The notes: a model not told the origin generated them from the sequence alone. 64,000 bases of DNA from Eledone cirrhosa (GCA_964016885.1 OZ024741.1:66092001-66156000); one strand, 5' to 3'; positions 1-14,166 are shown, counted from the stretch's first letter. Program-made: numbers and translations.

Positions 1-32
1 AAACTAAAATAGTCAGTTGATTTTCTCTTTAC

Positions 33-83
<51 letters not shown>

Positions 84-218
84 GTATGTATGTATATATA
101 AGTATGTATATATATATATATATAATGTATGTGTGTGTGTACTGAGTGTGTGTGTATTGAGTGTGTGTGTATATATGTGTGTGTGGGTGTCTACTAGTGT
201 GTATTGAGTGCGTGTGTG

Positions 219-295
<77 letters not shown>

Positions 296-360
296 GTAGG
301 TGTCTATATGTGTGTGTGTGTGTGTGCAGGTAGGTGTCTATATGTGTGTGCTGTGTGAGA
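33..360. repeat. Compound (TA)n/(TG)n microsatellite, representative of dozens of similar tracts across the window
   Basis: Dinucleotide runs seen directly; they generate the spurious YI/CV-rich ORFs in the ORF track. Confidence 0.95.
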
Positions 361-825
361 GAGAGTTAAAGAGAGAGCAGTTATAGTTTTAAAAGAGTGC
401 AAAAATGGATTTATAGGTTGGTGCTAGTGTGGAACAAGTTTGATGGGGTCAGCAGACACTGATAAAAGAGACAATCAATTTTTAGAAAATATGGGGGAGG
501 TGAGGAAATAATGTAGAAATATATATAGAGAGAGGGGGAGTCTTTTTAATATCTAGAATAGCAACAAGTAAAAAATTGACAAAATAATTTTAAAAACCAA
601 AAACCAGAGAATTTATCACATCAGTCATAAGAAGAGTAAAAAGATTAATAAATGAGAAGGAATTAATGTAGCAGTGTCCAGGTCATAAATGTACAATAAT
701 AGTTATTGATGCTTAAATAATTGTACACTACTAAAACAAATAGTGCAACAGAAGTGAATGTAACAATGCATGTTTCTTTTCTAGTGTCAATATGACTCTA
801 CCATAATACAATTATATCAATATAA

Positions 826-1084
826 ATCTTTTGAGACCAAACTGCCTAAAATCACCCCTGATTCTCCAATATATAAACTGTTTCTTTTAAAGTGTTTATA
901 TTTATCTAAAAACCTTCCAGCATAATTTTATGTATTATAAAAGCATTTGTTAAGTTATGTTCCAAACACCAGCATAATAATGACAAAGTTATATTACTAA
1001 ATCCCTCCAAATTCTTGAATATATTCAAAATAATTTGGAAATTATAAGGGGTGTTTTTCATTAGAAATATAACAAAAGAATTAA
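826..1084 (+). mobile_element. Degenerate MITE family B (TTAA/piggyBac-like)
   Basis: Similar by eye to 28005-28328, 50772-50989 and (reverse) 20734-20989; ends at TTAA. Confidence 0.55.
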
Positions 1085-1342
1085 TTGGGTTTTATTTTAA
1101 AATTTAGAAAATATGAAATTATCAAAGAATAATGTAAAAACATATTTTATTCTATCTTTAATTAAATAAATTCTAATATAAAATTTGAAGATTTCTTTAT
1201 TAGTAATACACTGGTTTCAAATGTAACAGAACCTAGTTTTATATATATGAGGGAAACTGACTATAGTTTAACACCAAATTACTTAAACTGACCCACATAT
1301 GCATCGAGTGCTCAAGTTAGTGAACCAACAGTAACATAAAGC

Positions 1343-1373
<31 letters not shown>

Positions 1374-2131
1374 TGGGGTGGGGGTTAATACATATAATAT
1401 ATGTTATCCACAATTCTCTATCTCAGACAATTCAAAAGAATATGTATAAGATAAACTTCTTTTACAAAATATAAATTGATTTCAATTTATCATATATATA
1501 TAAATATATATAAAAGACTGCAGAGAAAATTTTCAAGAATCATATAAAAAAATAATAAATTACAATAAAAAGATTTAAACAACTTCTGTCAACATTAAAA
1601 GACAGTCAGATGTTATGGGGTGTTACAGTATGGATAGAAATGTGTGGTTGTGTGATTACATTGAAACCAATTTGATCAAAGGCAAATAAGAATAACATTA
1701 TTTAACATACAGTAACAGTAGCTCTTATATAGCAATATATTATGTATGTAAGGGGAGAAGAAAACCAGTCTATAATGTAGGAGAGGAGAAAAAATGCATG
1801 GATCAAACAGAACAATTTGTGGTGAGTATATCTCAAGATAATGGATGGAAAAAACAATCAACTCAGATATCTAAACTTATTTTAAGTGTTGCACTTAGAA
1901 AGAACAGGATGAGTGAAATTTATATAAAATAATAAACTTACATCCTTTTACTATTTTCAGCCTATATATATATATACAACAGAAATTGTTTTGAACCACA
2001 TGGGAGACTGAAATTCAAAGTGTGTTTTTACTGTAAGGCAAAGAATCACAACATATGAAATGAAACTATACAATATTTATGAATAAATTGGGGGTATAAC
2101 CCCTTGAGAGAGAAAGAAAGTGGATAATCGT

Positions 2132-2179
<48 letters not shown>

Positions 2180-2589
2180 GGTGACCTGGAAAATCGCAGA
2201 GAGTAAAACTCAAGTATCAATGCCTAAAACTTCAATTGTAATAAATATATGAACTAAACTATATATATATTGTAATATAAACTCTATTTTGTACAACCAG
2301 TCACATTTTCAAACATGATAAAAATCTGTTTAATTGACTGAGGCATATATTAAAAATCATATGCATAATAAATCACACGATGTTTATATTCAACTTCTGG
2401 TAACTTCTTTTTCAGTGTGGTAATGACAATTTAAATAATTTTGAATGGATCAGCAGGATATTGTTTTGGTGATTGAGAAAGTTTATGTTTTAATAATGAA
2501 TAAGCTAGTATAAGCTCATAACATAACAATTATAAGACATGCCTCAAATAATTCCTATTATTATTATTGGAGTAGAAAAACTGGGAGAA

Positions 2590-2838
2590 GGCTCTTTGCC
2601 CTAGCAGACAGGGTGACCGTGGCTTTTGTGGGATTTCTACACGAGTGAACCTTAGTCTCCTCAACTTTGGGGAATTTGTTATATTTATTTTAAATGTTTA
2701 TTTTCTTAGTCTCTTTTATAAATTTTATTTTACACAAAAAAAAAAAATCCAACACTCTATCGTTCTGTACTGTCTTTAATGTTTCCTTAATGTGAGACCT
2801 GTGTGGCTAATAAAGAAATTATTATTATTATTATTATT
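2590..2838 (+). repeat. Interspersed repeat, probable LINE 3' UTR with AATAAA and (ATT)n tail; second copy about 11340-11545
   Basis: Shared blocks ttggggaatttgtt...cctgtgtg(g/a)ctaataaagaaa followed by ATT repeats in both copies. Confidence 0.55.
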
Positions 2839-3310
2839 TGAAACTTCCTTTGAATTCTGCTTCTTTCCTATAACTTGTCAAGTGTCAACCTGACACCTGA
2901 GGTAAAATTTGGTACTATCAATTGTCAAACAAATGATGCCATAAAGGTACAAACCACAGTAAATGTCTGAAGGACAGGAACAGTACCAGTCAGTACTATT
3001 TTCTGTATGTCTTGCAGTATTATTATTTTAGTATTATTATATCTTCTGAGTTCAAATCACACTAAAATCTACTAACATCCTCTTCTTTTGAGGAGAGGGG
3101 GAGGGGGCATCGATAAAATATAGTGCCATTACTGGAATTGATATAATTGATTTGAAGACTTCTGCTATTATTATTATTATTATTATTAGTCTGGTCACTT
3201 CAATTAATCTGATCTTGAATCCTACCAAAAGTCTTTTTGCTTGACCGCTCATCAACTATTATAGTTTACTGTGGGCAACACAATTATTATTATTAGTATT
3301 ATTATTATTG

Positions 3311-3362
<52 letters not shown>

Positions 3363-4131
3363 ACTATAGCAATTATTTTCAATCAATTACAACCATCTGT
3401 GGGTAGTTATACATTCCAGTTATAACTCTACTTTGACGCAAAAGCTTGGTACCAGTAATGTGCTGGGGATATTTTAAAAAGAAACAAAAATTGATGATTA
3501 CCTACGAAGAAACGTCTAATGCAAGTTCAAAACAAACCACTATCATCATCATCCTCATCATCATCAATATCACAGCATTATTGCTAAAGAGTGGAGGTAG
3601 AAAGATTACTGTTGCTATAGCAATTGATCACAATTTGTGGTGAGTATATCTCAAGAAGAGAGCAAGATTGTTAACCATAACAACAATAACAACAATTATT
3701 GCCTCAGTAGTCTGGGGGATAAGAAAAGCTATCAATCTGTGTTTAGAGATTTAAAATTTAAAAAAAAAAGGGAGGTCTAGTTTGAATTCAATTTTAGAAT
3801 GTGGAACTATGGAACAGAACCAGAAAATAGGATACCTGAGGACAACTAGGAATCAAGCTGACCAAAATATAGTGGACAGAGAAATATTGTAAATATGCAA
3901 TCTGACTGTGAAGATGAGGATAACAGTCTGTAATATTATTACTATCTCATTAACAACAACAAGAATAATAATAACAATAATGATAATAACAATAACAACA
4001 ATAATAATAGTAATAATAAAGTTGTTACAGAAGATAGAGAAGAAATGTGTAAAGTAAGAAATTTGCAGTGATTAAGGAAAATACTTCATGTCACATTCAA
4101 TTAGAGATTGCTCTTCTACAGCATTTAAAGG

Positions 4132-4198
<67 letters not shown>

Positions 4199-5259
4199 GT
4201 GTGGGGTGTTTGTGTATGTGTGTGTGTATATATATATATGTGTGAGTAATGGTACTGGAGGTTGGGAGGTTTATAATTTGTCCAAAGGCTTTGTGGTGAA
4301 GTGGAGGATAAGGAAATGAAAATTGGATAAGAGGAATAATGTCTTTTAAAATATTCTCTTTCTATTTCTTTTGAAAGAGAGAGAAAGAGAGACGATTACA
4401 GACTTTCTCTCCTTCTCTCTTTCTTCCTAGATAGGCAACTTGTTTTATACAGCTGACACTGTGGCACTTAATATGACTATTATTAATAACAACTCCAATA
4501 ACAAAAACTAAATTGTTATAACAAGATAGAAATTTTTAATAAAATTTAACAGTCAACAATGGATGATGTTGGGAGGAGGAGAGGTTAAAGGGGAGATTAC
4601 TCTATTGTCAAGAAACCACCTGGGTAGAGAACTGTTTAAATACCCCACCATACAATGATGGCATTCTTTTTTATGCAGTAATAATTTTAACAACAATAAA
4701 TAACAATAACTGGAGTTTTACTTGATTTACATATGGGGTGAGTATCCCGAGAGAAAACAACAGCCAAGTGTGATGGTGGTGATGATATTTTGGGATGTAT
4801 TTTTTGTCTGATGATGATAGTATTTTTGGATATATTTTTCGTCTGATGATGATGATGGTGATGGTATTGACGTCTGGGTCTAGACACTGTGTCTATTTAT
4901 CTAGTGACTTTTCACTGATTGTATAAACAAATGTAAAATTAATTTGGGGGCAAGTCATAAGGTCCATATTAGCATACATACAGTATATATTATCTGGTAT
5001 ATACACAACATATTAGATCCACTTAATGTCACATATATAGTTTGTATGGAATTTATCTTTTATTTTATTTCATATTTCTACTCATTTATCTTTCCAAATT
5101 CTTATTCTTACTTTCTCTCACTTCACCAGTGGATATATTTTTAAGTTTTAAGAATTTACTTCAGCATATGTTCATATATACACATTTATATACATATATA
5201 TATTTATATACATATCACCTCATACAAGCATGGGGAAATGGATGTGAAATGGTGTGTGA

Positions 5260-5344
<85 letters not shown>

Positions 5345-6839
5345 ACAATAACTGTCTATGATAAACAGAGAGAGAGAGTGAGAGAGAGATGTGAAGAAGT
5401 CTGAATATTTCACATATTTGACTTGTTGCTAGCTTTTGTCATTCCATTTTTTTTTTTTTTGCTTCTTGTTGTTATTTTCAGTAAAGTGGCGGGAAGGGTT
5501 GGAATTAAATTTGTTTTATATAAATGGAAATAAATAAAAACAACAAAATCAGAAATAAACAAAAGCAGAGACGATAACTCCTAGTAAGGCAGCAGACAGA
5601 AACTTAATGAATATTTATATACACACAGTAAAAAATAATCACAAGAGGGGGTCGGTGTAAGAAGAAGAAATAATAAAAGAAACAAATGTAAGAAAGATGA
5701 TGAAATTAGTGGGGGGGGGGGGGGGTTATTAATGAGGCTTTCTGAATTAACAACAAAAGTAATTAGAGACGAAACAGAAATTCTGCCACAGAAATTCTAT
5801 TTAACTATTTATTTACCCAGATTCATACTCAGAAACATATGTAGCTACATGCACACACTCACACACACATATATATACATACACAAATATATATACACAA
5901 ATGTTATGTATATATAAATACTTATACTATACACTTATAAATATATATATTAATGTGCTTACGTATATAAGTATATAGACACACACACGTGTACATGTAG
6001 GTCTTCTCTCACCCCTGCTTCCTTCATATGAAATTATGTGACTTCTTCAAGAAAAGAATTATGACATTAGAACCACAACAACAACAACAGCTACAAAAAC
6101 AAAAAGAAATGATTATTAATAGCAGATAGCAGTAACAGTAGTAGTAGTAATTCCAATTATTATACTACTATTGCTACTACTATTAGTAGTGATGCAAGGA
6201 TGCTTGTAGATAGAACTATAACAATAATAAAAGTGAAGAAAATGGGTGTGTGTGTTTATACATGAGTGTGTATGTGTTTGTGAGTGTGTATATATATGTA
6301 TATGTGTGTACGTATGTGTGTGTACACATGCAATTTTTTTTTTTAACTGGTGAGTCAGTCAAACTTTTCTTTTCATTCTTATCCAAGTTTCAGTAAGTTT
6401 GCAGTAAAAAAGAATTAAAAAACTGATCCAAGAATACTCAAAGATGAAGGTGGAACTTTCTATAGAAACAAATAACTGCAGCAATAACAGCAGTAAAATA
6501 CTTTTAGCTCTTATGGCAGAGAGAGAGAGGGGATAAATCCAACAGGGTCTGTAGGAATGGTAGGATAATGCTTGGCGGTATTAACAACACTTGCTAGTAG
6601 TGTTTTTGACACATGAGTTCTGTTTAAATAGCTAACTCTTCAGTTCCGAGAAACAAACAAAAGCACTAACTGAATTAACTGCATACTCTTGAAAAAGCAT
6701 CACTTAATGAATATAACATTATATATATCTATATATATATATTTGTGTGTTAGTATATATATATGTATACATATATGTATACATATATGTATATATATAT
6801 ATATATATGTATGTATGTGTGCGTGTGTATATATATATA

Positions 6840-6889
<50 letters not shown>

Positions 6890-7010
6890 TATATGTATAT
6901 ATATGCATATATGTATATATGCATATATGTATATATGCATATATATATGTGTGTGTTAAACGATAATGATGATATATACATACATATATATATATATATA
7001 TATATCTATA

Positions 7011-7459
7011 TCATCATCATCATCATCATCATCACCGTTTTACGTCCGTTTTTCCACGCTAGCATGGGTTAGATGAGCTGTCCTGTTGTGGGCAGTGTCC
7101 GGTCGGCTGACCTTGTCTTGCTCATACGGGAACTGATTCTGGCTTGATTTCTACAGCTGGATGCCTTTCCTAACACCAATCTCATTTATAGTTAGTGCTG
7201 CATGCTTTTTTTTCCGTGGCGCCTACACGTCCACTTTACAGTGTGGGCTGGGTGCTTTTTTGCTGTGGCACCTCTACGACCACTTTGCAGTGGAATGATA
7301 GGGACCCCAGTCCTATCATCTCATTTCTACAGCTAAGTAAACTGGAGCAATGTTAAATAAAGTGTCTTGCTGAAGGAAACAACACATCCGGTCTGAGTAT
7401 TGAACTCACAACCTTTCGATTGCAAGCCCAATGCTCTAACCACTAAGCCATGCACCTTC
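7011..7459 (-). mobile_element. tRNA-derived SINE carrying the RTE-B 3' UTR and (GAT)n tail
   Basis: Minus strand shows A-box tggcttagtgg and B-box gagttcaatac, a central domain, then sequence matching the RTE-B 3' UTR (31660-31930). Confidence 0.8.
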
Positions 7460-7511
7460 ATATATATATGTATATATATATATATGTATGTATGTATATA
7501 TATATATATAT

Positions 7512-8140
7512 ATCATCATCATCATACGAGATCCATGGACATGTTCTCTCCAGCGGTCTCTGTCCCTCATCATCGCTGCCATGTCCTGCGTCTCCAAGAG
7601 ACCGGTGTCTTATGGAATCCCCAAGAGGATAGTGGACCTGATATCACTGCTCTACACCAACACCAAAGCCCAAGTCATTACACCTGATGGGATGATGGAG
7701 TTCTTTGAGATACTGGCTGTAGTGCTTCAGGGAGATACATTGGCTCCCTACCTTTTTATCATTACAGTGGACTATTGTATGCGCCTTGCGCTGGAGAAAC
7801 ACCAGGACTCTGGCTTTATTGTAGCACTGGCTCAGATCAGGAGAGTTAAGGCGAAAAAGATATCAGATGCTGAATTTGCCGACGACATAGTTCTGGTGAC
7901 AAACACAGTGAAGAAGACAGAGGAGTTGATGCAGGAGGTGGAGACTATCGATGAGTGTGGGGCTGAGAATGAATGTGATTAAGACAAAGTATCTGGTAGA
8001 AAGTATTAAGAAACCAGAGAAGATTATGAATGCAGGCGGGAAGCCGCTAGAGTTGGTTGAGAACTTCTTGTATCTGGGAGCAAAGATTGGAAACGCAGAG
8101 GATGATGTGGTTGAGAGGAAGAGCAAAGCCAGGGTGGCGT
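7512..8140. mobile_element. RTE-like LINE fragment (family D) with 5' inversion: 3' end and tail on minus (7512-7609), RT fragment on plus (7610-8140)
   Basis: Plus strand encodes YGIP...VLQGDTLAPYLF...FADD...KTK...FLYLG with one frameshift; minus strand encodes ...MMRDRDRWREHVHGSR followed by (ATG)n. Confidence 0.8.
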
Positions 8141-8211
8141 ACACACACTCACATATATATATATTATGTGTGTGAGTGTGTGTGTGTGCATGTATATATA
8201 TATAAATATAT

Positions 8212-8496
8212 GTAGGCACATGGCCTAGTGGTAAGGGTGTTAGACTTATGACCATAATGTCGTGGGTTTGATTCCTGGACTGAGTTGTGTGTTATGTTCT
8301 TGAACAAAACACTTCATTTCACATTGCTCCAGTATATTCTTCTAAAAAATGAGTACCAGCAATAGCTGGGGATTTAACGCTGTGATGGGCTGGTGTCCTG
8401 TCCAGGGGGGAGTCTTGTACTCCCAGTCGCTTCACGCCACAGAAACTGGGATAAGCACCAGCTTGATCAGCCTCCGGGCTCACGACAGACTTTAGA

Positions 8497-8500
<4 letters not shown>
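8212..8500 (+). mobile_element. tRNA-derived SINE
   Basis: A-box tggcctagtgg, B-box-like gggtttgattcc, central block shared with the SINEs at 14212 and 21320, (gacttt) tail. Confidence 0.75.
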
Positions 8501-8543
<43 letters not shown>

Positions 8544-8699
8544 ATATGTGTGTGTGTGTGTGTTTGTAGATATATACGTTCAGGCATATCTAACCACATT
8601 AAAATATGGAGTAAATTACAGCTAGAAACAATAAATTATCCTCACTATGCCCCAGCATGGCCTCAGCCAGTCGGCTGGTACACTTAAAAGAATAAATGC

Positions 8700-9250
8700 A
8701 TTCACCACCACCACCACCACCACCACCACCACTACTACTACTACTAGCACCATAACTATAATATTGCCATTATTACTACCACCACCAATACTTCTACTAC
8801 AATTTGATGTGTTTATTTCTGTGATTCCAGCTCGGTTACTAAAGCTCATATCTAAGTTGGAATAAACTAACATTACTATTGCAGCAACTGCTGCTACTAC
8901 TGCTACTATTACTGTTACTAATTCTACCACTAGTATTAACACTATGACCACCACTAATACCACTACCACTACTAGTAACACCATGACTTCCACTAATACC
9001 ACCACCACAACTACTATCACCACCTTCACCACTAATATCACTACAACTAACACCACCACCACCACACAATGCCACCTCATACCCCCACCCCACTAATACC
9101 ACCACCAACACCACCTTCACTGCACACAATGACACACCTTTCCACCACCGCCACCACCACTACACACAATCCCATGAGCCCTCCCCCCCTCCCCCAGCCC
9201 CCACTACTACAATCAAAGCCATGACCCCCCAGCAGTATCACCACAATAAT
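8700..9250. repeat. Low-complexity (ACC/ACT)n trinucleotide region
   Basis: Seen directly; source of the poly-Val and poly-Thr ORFs. Confidence 0.85.
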
Positions 9251-9444
9251 AGCCTCTAATAAATATTACTAAGACTTAACTATTACTGCTATCAGCCTGA
9301 TATGGTTGTTAGTGGGGTTCTTGATTGATTACCAAAACCTTCCTATCTAAGACACAACCAAAGATGCAAAGACCCCAAAACAAACCAGGAATCTTAATAA
9401 ACAGGCCACTTTATGTGGCATGACTTGTGGATAATAAGTGATGT

Positions 9445-9661
9445 TTAACCATTCAGCCATATCTGGCCAGAATTCTTTCACCTCTTTCTGTTCAAACTGG
9501 CCATAACTGGCTACTCATACTGATGTTAAGGTAGTGTTCTCAAAATAAATAATATCAAAATTTCATAGATTCGATATTATGTGAGATAATTATGTGAAGT
9601 AAAGCCTTTACTGCAAAAATATAATAGTAAATATAGAGTAATTTAAATGCTAAAGGGTTAA
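9445..9661 (+). mobile_element. MITE family A (TTAA-flanked), left TIR degenerate
   Basis: Body matches 39336-39530; right end taaatgctaaaggg|ttaa. Confidence 0.8.
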
Positions 9662-11283
9662 GTTTAATCTACAGAGACATACACACAGAGACATACACAC
9701 ACACAAAGACACAGAGACATACACATACACAGAGGCACACATCTTCTTTGTAGTCTGACCAAATCAACAAAGATGCTCCTCTTTACAGCAGCTGCTGATG
9801 GACAGGTACATTGGTGATACATCTAATACATGACCCACCACAGATTTGACCATCAAAGTTGCACACATGCTATGCTTGTGGACCAGAAAGAAGTTTGTGC
9901 TGCTGCTGAGCCGTATGCTCGTCTCTGCTCCCAGTGACCCAATCAGAACGAAGCTAAGTCAGTTTAGAGAGATATAGCATACGTGCTGTGGGTCACTCCT
10001 GCTGCTCAACCATGCACATGTCTCTGCCTGCAGTGACCTGGTCAGAGTGAAGCTTACACAGCTCAGGGAGATGCTAAGTGGTAAGAGAGTATCAACCTTG
10101 ATGATCTTTTGTTGTATCTTGCCAGCAGGACAATGGAATCTTGCAGTGTTTCAGGTCTGTTGAAGATCATTCTTGAACAACTTTTTTAATTACTTATACA
10201 CATGTAATCAGGCACATATCATGTATAAGCAGGGAGTCTTTTCAGCTGAATCGATGATGGAAACCTTCTTAGAGCTGGTGCCATGAGAAATACACCCAGT
10301 ACGCTCTGTAAGGCAGTTGGTAATAGGATGGACTGTTGCTGTTATTCAAAGATCAAACTTTACCATGCACTGTCATAATAAATCCCCCAAGAACAATATA
10401 AAGGGTGCACGTGTTTGTGGAATGTTCAACCATATCTACATTAATTTTATGAGCAGTCTGTTTCATTGTTTAATGAACTGCGGAACTCAGAAGCAATGGA
10501 AGCCCAACAACAATAACATATACACACTCACACACATACATACATGGTTGTGTCTCAATATTCATACCTATGTCTACACAGTTATAAATTCTATATACAG
10601 TTACTGCTACAGGAGAAGTAATTTCCACCAGACAATGGCATGTAAGCCTGTTTAATAATAACTTCCACTCATTTTTGTCACTGCATACATTATTATTATT
10701 ATTGTCATTATTATTATTATTATTATTATCATCATCATCATTATTATTGGTGAATTTTGCAAAGTCATCAGAGGACTGGATATATGTTAAGCAATATTTG
10801 TTCTAGCTCTTTATGTTCTGAGTTCAAATCCTGCTGAGGTTAGCTTTGCCTTTCATGCTTACAGGGTCAATAAAATAAAGTACAGTGGTCAATTCAATCA
10901 ACCTTTTCTTCCCCAAAAAATTACTAACCTTATGCCTAAATAAGAAACCGTTATTATTATCATTGCGCAGTAATACAGAAGACCCGACTTCCCACGGGGC
11001 ACAGGCTGAAGATGAAGCATATGTATAATATGCACCACCCCATCTATCCCATACATACATCTAGTGAAGCCTCCAGTTCACACTGTAAAGTGGTCATGAT
11101 GGCGACATGACAAAAAGCACCCAGTACTCACTGTAAATGAGGTTGGCGTTAGGAAGGGCATCCAGCTGTAGAAACCAAGCCAATATCAGTTCTGTATAAG
11201 TAAGACATGGTGACCTGACCTGGCATTGCTCACAAGATAATTTGTCTAACCCATACTAGTGTGGAAAAATGGACATTAAATGG

Positions 11284-11315
<32 letters not shown>

Positions 11316-11991
11316 GCGCCTGTAAATTGAAGGAGGACAATTGAGAGTGGTCAAGGTTACTGAGGCTTTTTGTGGCCTTTCTCCATATGTGACCCTCTGA
11401 GGTCCCCCCACTTTTGGGGAATTTGTTGTTTGTTTTATTTTAAATATTTATTTTTCTAGATTTTGTTATAAACCTTTCTTATAAACCCGTCTTTATTGTC
11501 TTCTTAATGGAAGCCCTGTGTGACTAATAAAGAAACCATTATTGTGGCTAGTATTGGCATTGTTGTTGTTGTTGTTGTTGATATTGATGCTGTTTGTGGT
11601 TGTCTTTGTCAATTATGCAGACTTTCTGGTAGTAGCGACATAAAACCATGACATTATATGACATGCAAAAATATCTCACCTATTCACCTTTCCTGTGTTT
11701 GTTATTTGTCTGAGAGTCTGACAGTGAAATATCATGCAGGTAATTCTGTTATTGACAGAAAGATAGGCAATGGGTGTAAGGGAGGGAGAGAGAGAAGAAA
11801 AGAGTAAAGATAAAATGTGAAAGAGAGAAAAGAAGAGAATAAAGAGAAAATGTAAGAGAAAGAGAGAGAAGAAAAAAGGGAGAAAAAGAAAGAGAAAAAG
11901 AAAGAAAGAGTGAGAGAGAAAATTAGATGCTTTGGCTCATGTCAGAAGGTGACTATCACCATCATCGATTCTAAATTGTGAAATAATAATG

Positions 11992-12313
11992 TACAAGGGT
12001 CAGCTGAATAGTTCATAGACTGACCAAGATACTCTCATGGAATGTGACCAAATGAGGTTTATTTTTCAACATAGTCCCTGGAAAGAAACAATGTAGTTAT
12101 TAATAAGAAGGGTTAAAATTAATGCATGCAAGATTTCACAGCTCAAGCATCACTTCTTCATAAGTTGAACAAGATACTCTCATGGAATGACCAAATGAGG
12201 CTTATTCTTCAACATAGTCCCTGGAAAGAAACAATGCAGTTATTAATAAGGGTTGAGATTAATGCATGCAAGATTTCACAGCTCGAGCATCACTTCTTCA
12301 TAGGCAGCCTATG
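11992..12313 (+). mobile_element. Mariner-like MITE with internal tandem duplication, right end truncated
   Basis: Begins ta|caagggtcagctgaatagttcatag, matching the intact copy at 51911-52112; internal block of about 140 bp present twice. Confidence 0.7.
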
Positions 12314-12347
12314 TATGATGTGTTCATAAGTACAAGAACATTTAACC

Positions 12348-12557
12348 CTTCTTCTTGTGCCATCACTGTATCAGTGTTTGATAGACCATGACGTTCCATG
12401 CTGTTCAATCTCGAGCGAGATCCTATACTGCTGCGTCTTTGATGTTGAAATTATCAAAAAAGGACCTTTTTTTACAACCTCTGGCACGCTTCCTAGGAAT
12501 TTTTCCACTAATGGAAAGGTCTTCCAGCATGCCTTTTGTGATGGCATGTCCTAGAAA
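12348..12557 (-). pseudogene. 3' fragment of a distinct RTE-like LINE with (AAG)n tail
   Basis: Minus translation FLGHAITKGMLEDLSISGKIPRKRARG...ARD*TAW resembles the RTE C-terminus; ends gcacaagaagaag. Confidence 0.65.
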
Positions 12558-13427
12558 CATTAACTCTTAACATCTTGTAATGATTTAGCAGGAAATATCT
12601 AAAAATTGTTTTCTTAATTCACATGTTTATAGTGTCTTTACTGAAAATGTGTAGTATTAGTGTAAAGACTAATTTTTAATGTGATGCAGTCATAGTGGTG
12701 CTTTTTTATTTTTTAAGGAAGTATTGCTAATGTAGTTTCATATGGTACAGGTCATTATAAGTTAGATGGTAATGTAATATTAAATACTCCTATTATCTAT
12801 ATATTACCTGTCTACAAATATATATTATATGTGTATGTATATGTCTATATGTGTATGTGTATGTGTCTTAGAGTGTATGTGTATATGTGAGTGTGTGCAT
12901 GTACATGGTGTGTTCCTGTTGCTTTGATTCCAAACACAGTCTGATTGAAGTAAGGTCTACTGATAAGGTTAGTACCCTGAAAGCAGATGGTACTCCCCAT
13001 GATGCCCAGTGTGACTGGATCAGGTTGACTAACTGAACAGAAGAAAACTTTATTCTTTCAGACATAATTCTGCTTTTAACAAGTACTTAATAGAAACAAC
13101 AAGAATAATATCAACTTCAATGGACCTAGGAGAATGCCCCAGAGACTCAAAAGAGCCATAACATCCTTGGGGAGCAAAGAGTGGGTAAGTAGGTAGATAG
13201 ATAGGTAAACAGATGAGTAGGCAGGCAGATTTAGTTGATTTAGTATTTATCATAGTTGTGGTTATAAACTATGGCTACATACACTTGGTCAATTTATTCA
13301 TGGTATCACACTTTCTTAACTCTGGGCAAAAATGTATTAACTTTTCATACCATTGAGTGCTTTGTGACTGCCTCAAACAATTTGATTGGTATCAGCTATA
13401 CTGCAGCTACAACTTCAACTTATACCT

Positions 13428-13455
<28 letters not shown>

Positions 13456-13459
<4 letters not shown>

Positions 13460-13600
13460 ATGAAAAATAAAAGTTACGGCCGAAAGAGGATAATATCGAT
13501 CGTCAGTTGTCTGCTCGGAATCATAGGTATTTCTTTGCGTTAGAGACAACTGACGATGGATATTACCCTCTTTCGCCCGTAACTTTTATTTTTCATTATA
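13456..13600. repeat. Inverted repeat, 57-bp arms with 3 mismatches and a 31-bp loop
   Basis: 13456-13512 is the reverse complement of 13544-13600. Confidence 0.9.
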
Positions 13601-13679
13601 CTTAATTGCAACCACACAGCTCGCCATTTTATTTATATATATATATATTATTATTATATATATAATAATAATAATAATA

Positions 13680-13977
13680 TTTGTTTCTATTTTGGGCACA
13701 AGGCCAGCAATTACCTAGTACATTACTGGTACTTTATTTTATCGACCCCGTAAGGATGAAAGGCAAAGTTAACCTAATAATAATAATAATAATTGTTTCT
13801 ACTTTTGGCACAAGGCCAGCAATTACCCAGTACATTACTGGTACTTTATTTTATCGACCCATTAAGGATGAAAGGCAAAGTGAACCTCGGCGGGATTTGA
13901 ACTCAGACTGTAAAGGGACGTAACTATGCTGGAAAGCATGGCGTCCGACCCTCTACCGATACTGCCAATCCACCGTT
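13680..13977 (-). mobile_element. tRNA-derived SINE of the most abundant family, 3' part duplicated; other copies at about 3030, 10760, 20072, 24215, 27330, 39279, 42405, 44165 and 49830-50270
   Basis: gagttcaaatcccgccgagg B-box; ggggtcgataaaataaagtaccag core; ggccttgtgccaaaagtagaaac end followed by (ATT)n. Confidence 0.8.
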
Positions 13978-14166
13978 ATTTGTTATTTTTTTACGTTTAT
14001 TGAGTAGTGATGCACGTTTCGCTATTGATCAGCTCAAATCTGATTTGTATCAATCTAGCCCGGTTGTCGGACTTCTGTGGTAATGACTCTGCTTAGTTCT
14101 ATAACTCTTTACCGACTGGAAACTATGCATCGAGTGCTCACTCGAGTGAACCTACAGTAGCTGGAC

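Noticed and set aside
6689-7072. Many ORFs rich in YI, CV or HT (also near 47950-48390, 52330-53100, 62250-62620 and 63450-63740)
   Set aside because: They are translations of dinucleotide microsatellites
8212-8290. tRNA genes at SINE heads
   Set aside because: A and B boxes are present but no full cloverleaf is evident, and each continues into a SINE body
8622-9135. Hydrophobic Val-rich or Ser/Gly-rich ORFs
   Set aside because: Low-complexity trinucleotide repeat with no coding evidence
12905-13190. Possible host exons (acceptor- and donor-like motifs on both strands)
   Set aside because: The plus-strand candidate has stops in all frames, and the minus-strand peptide has no recognisable similarity
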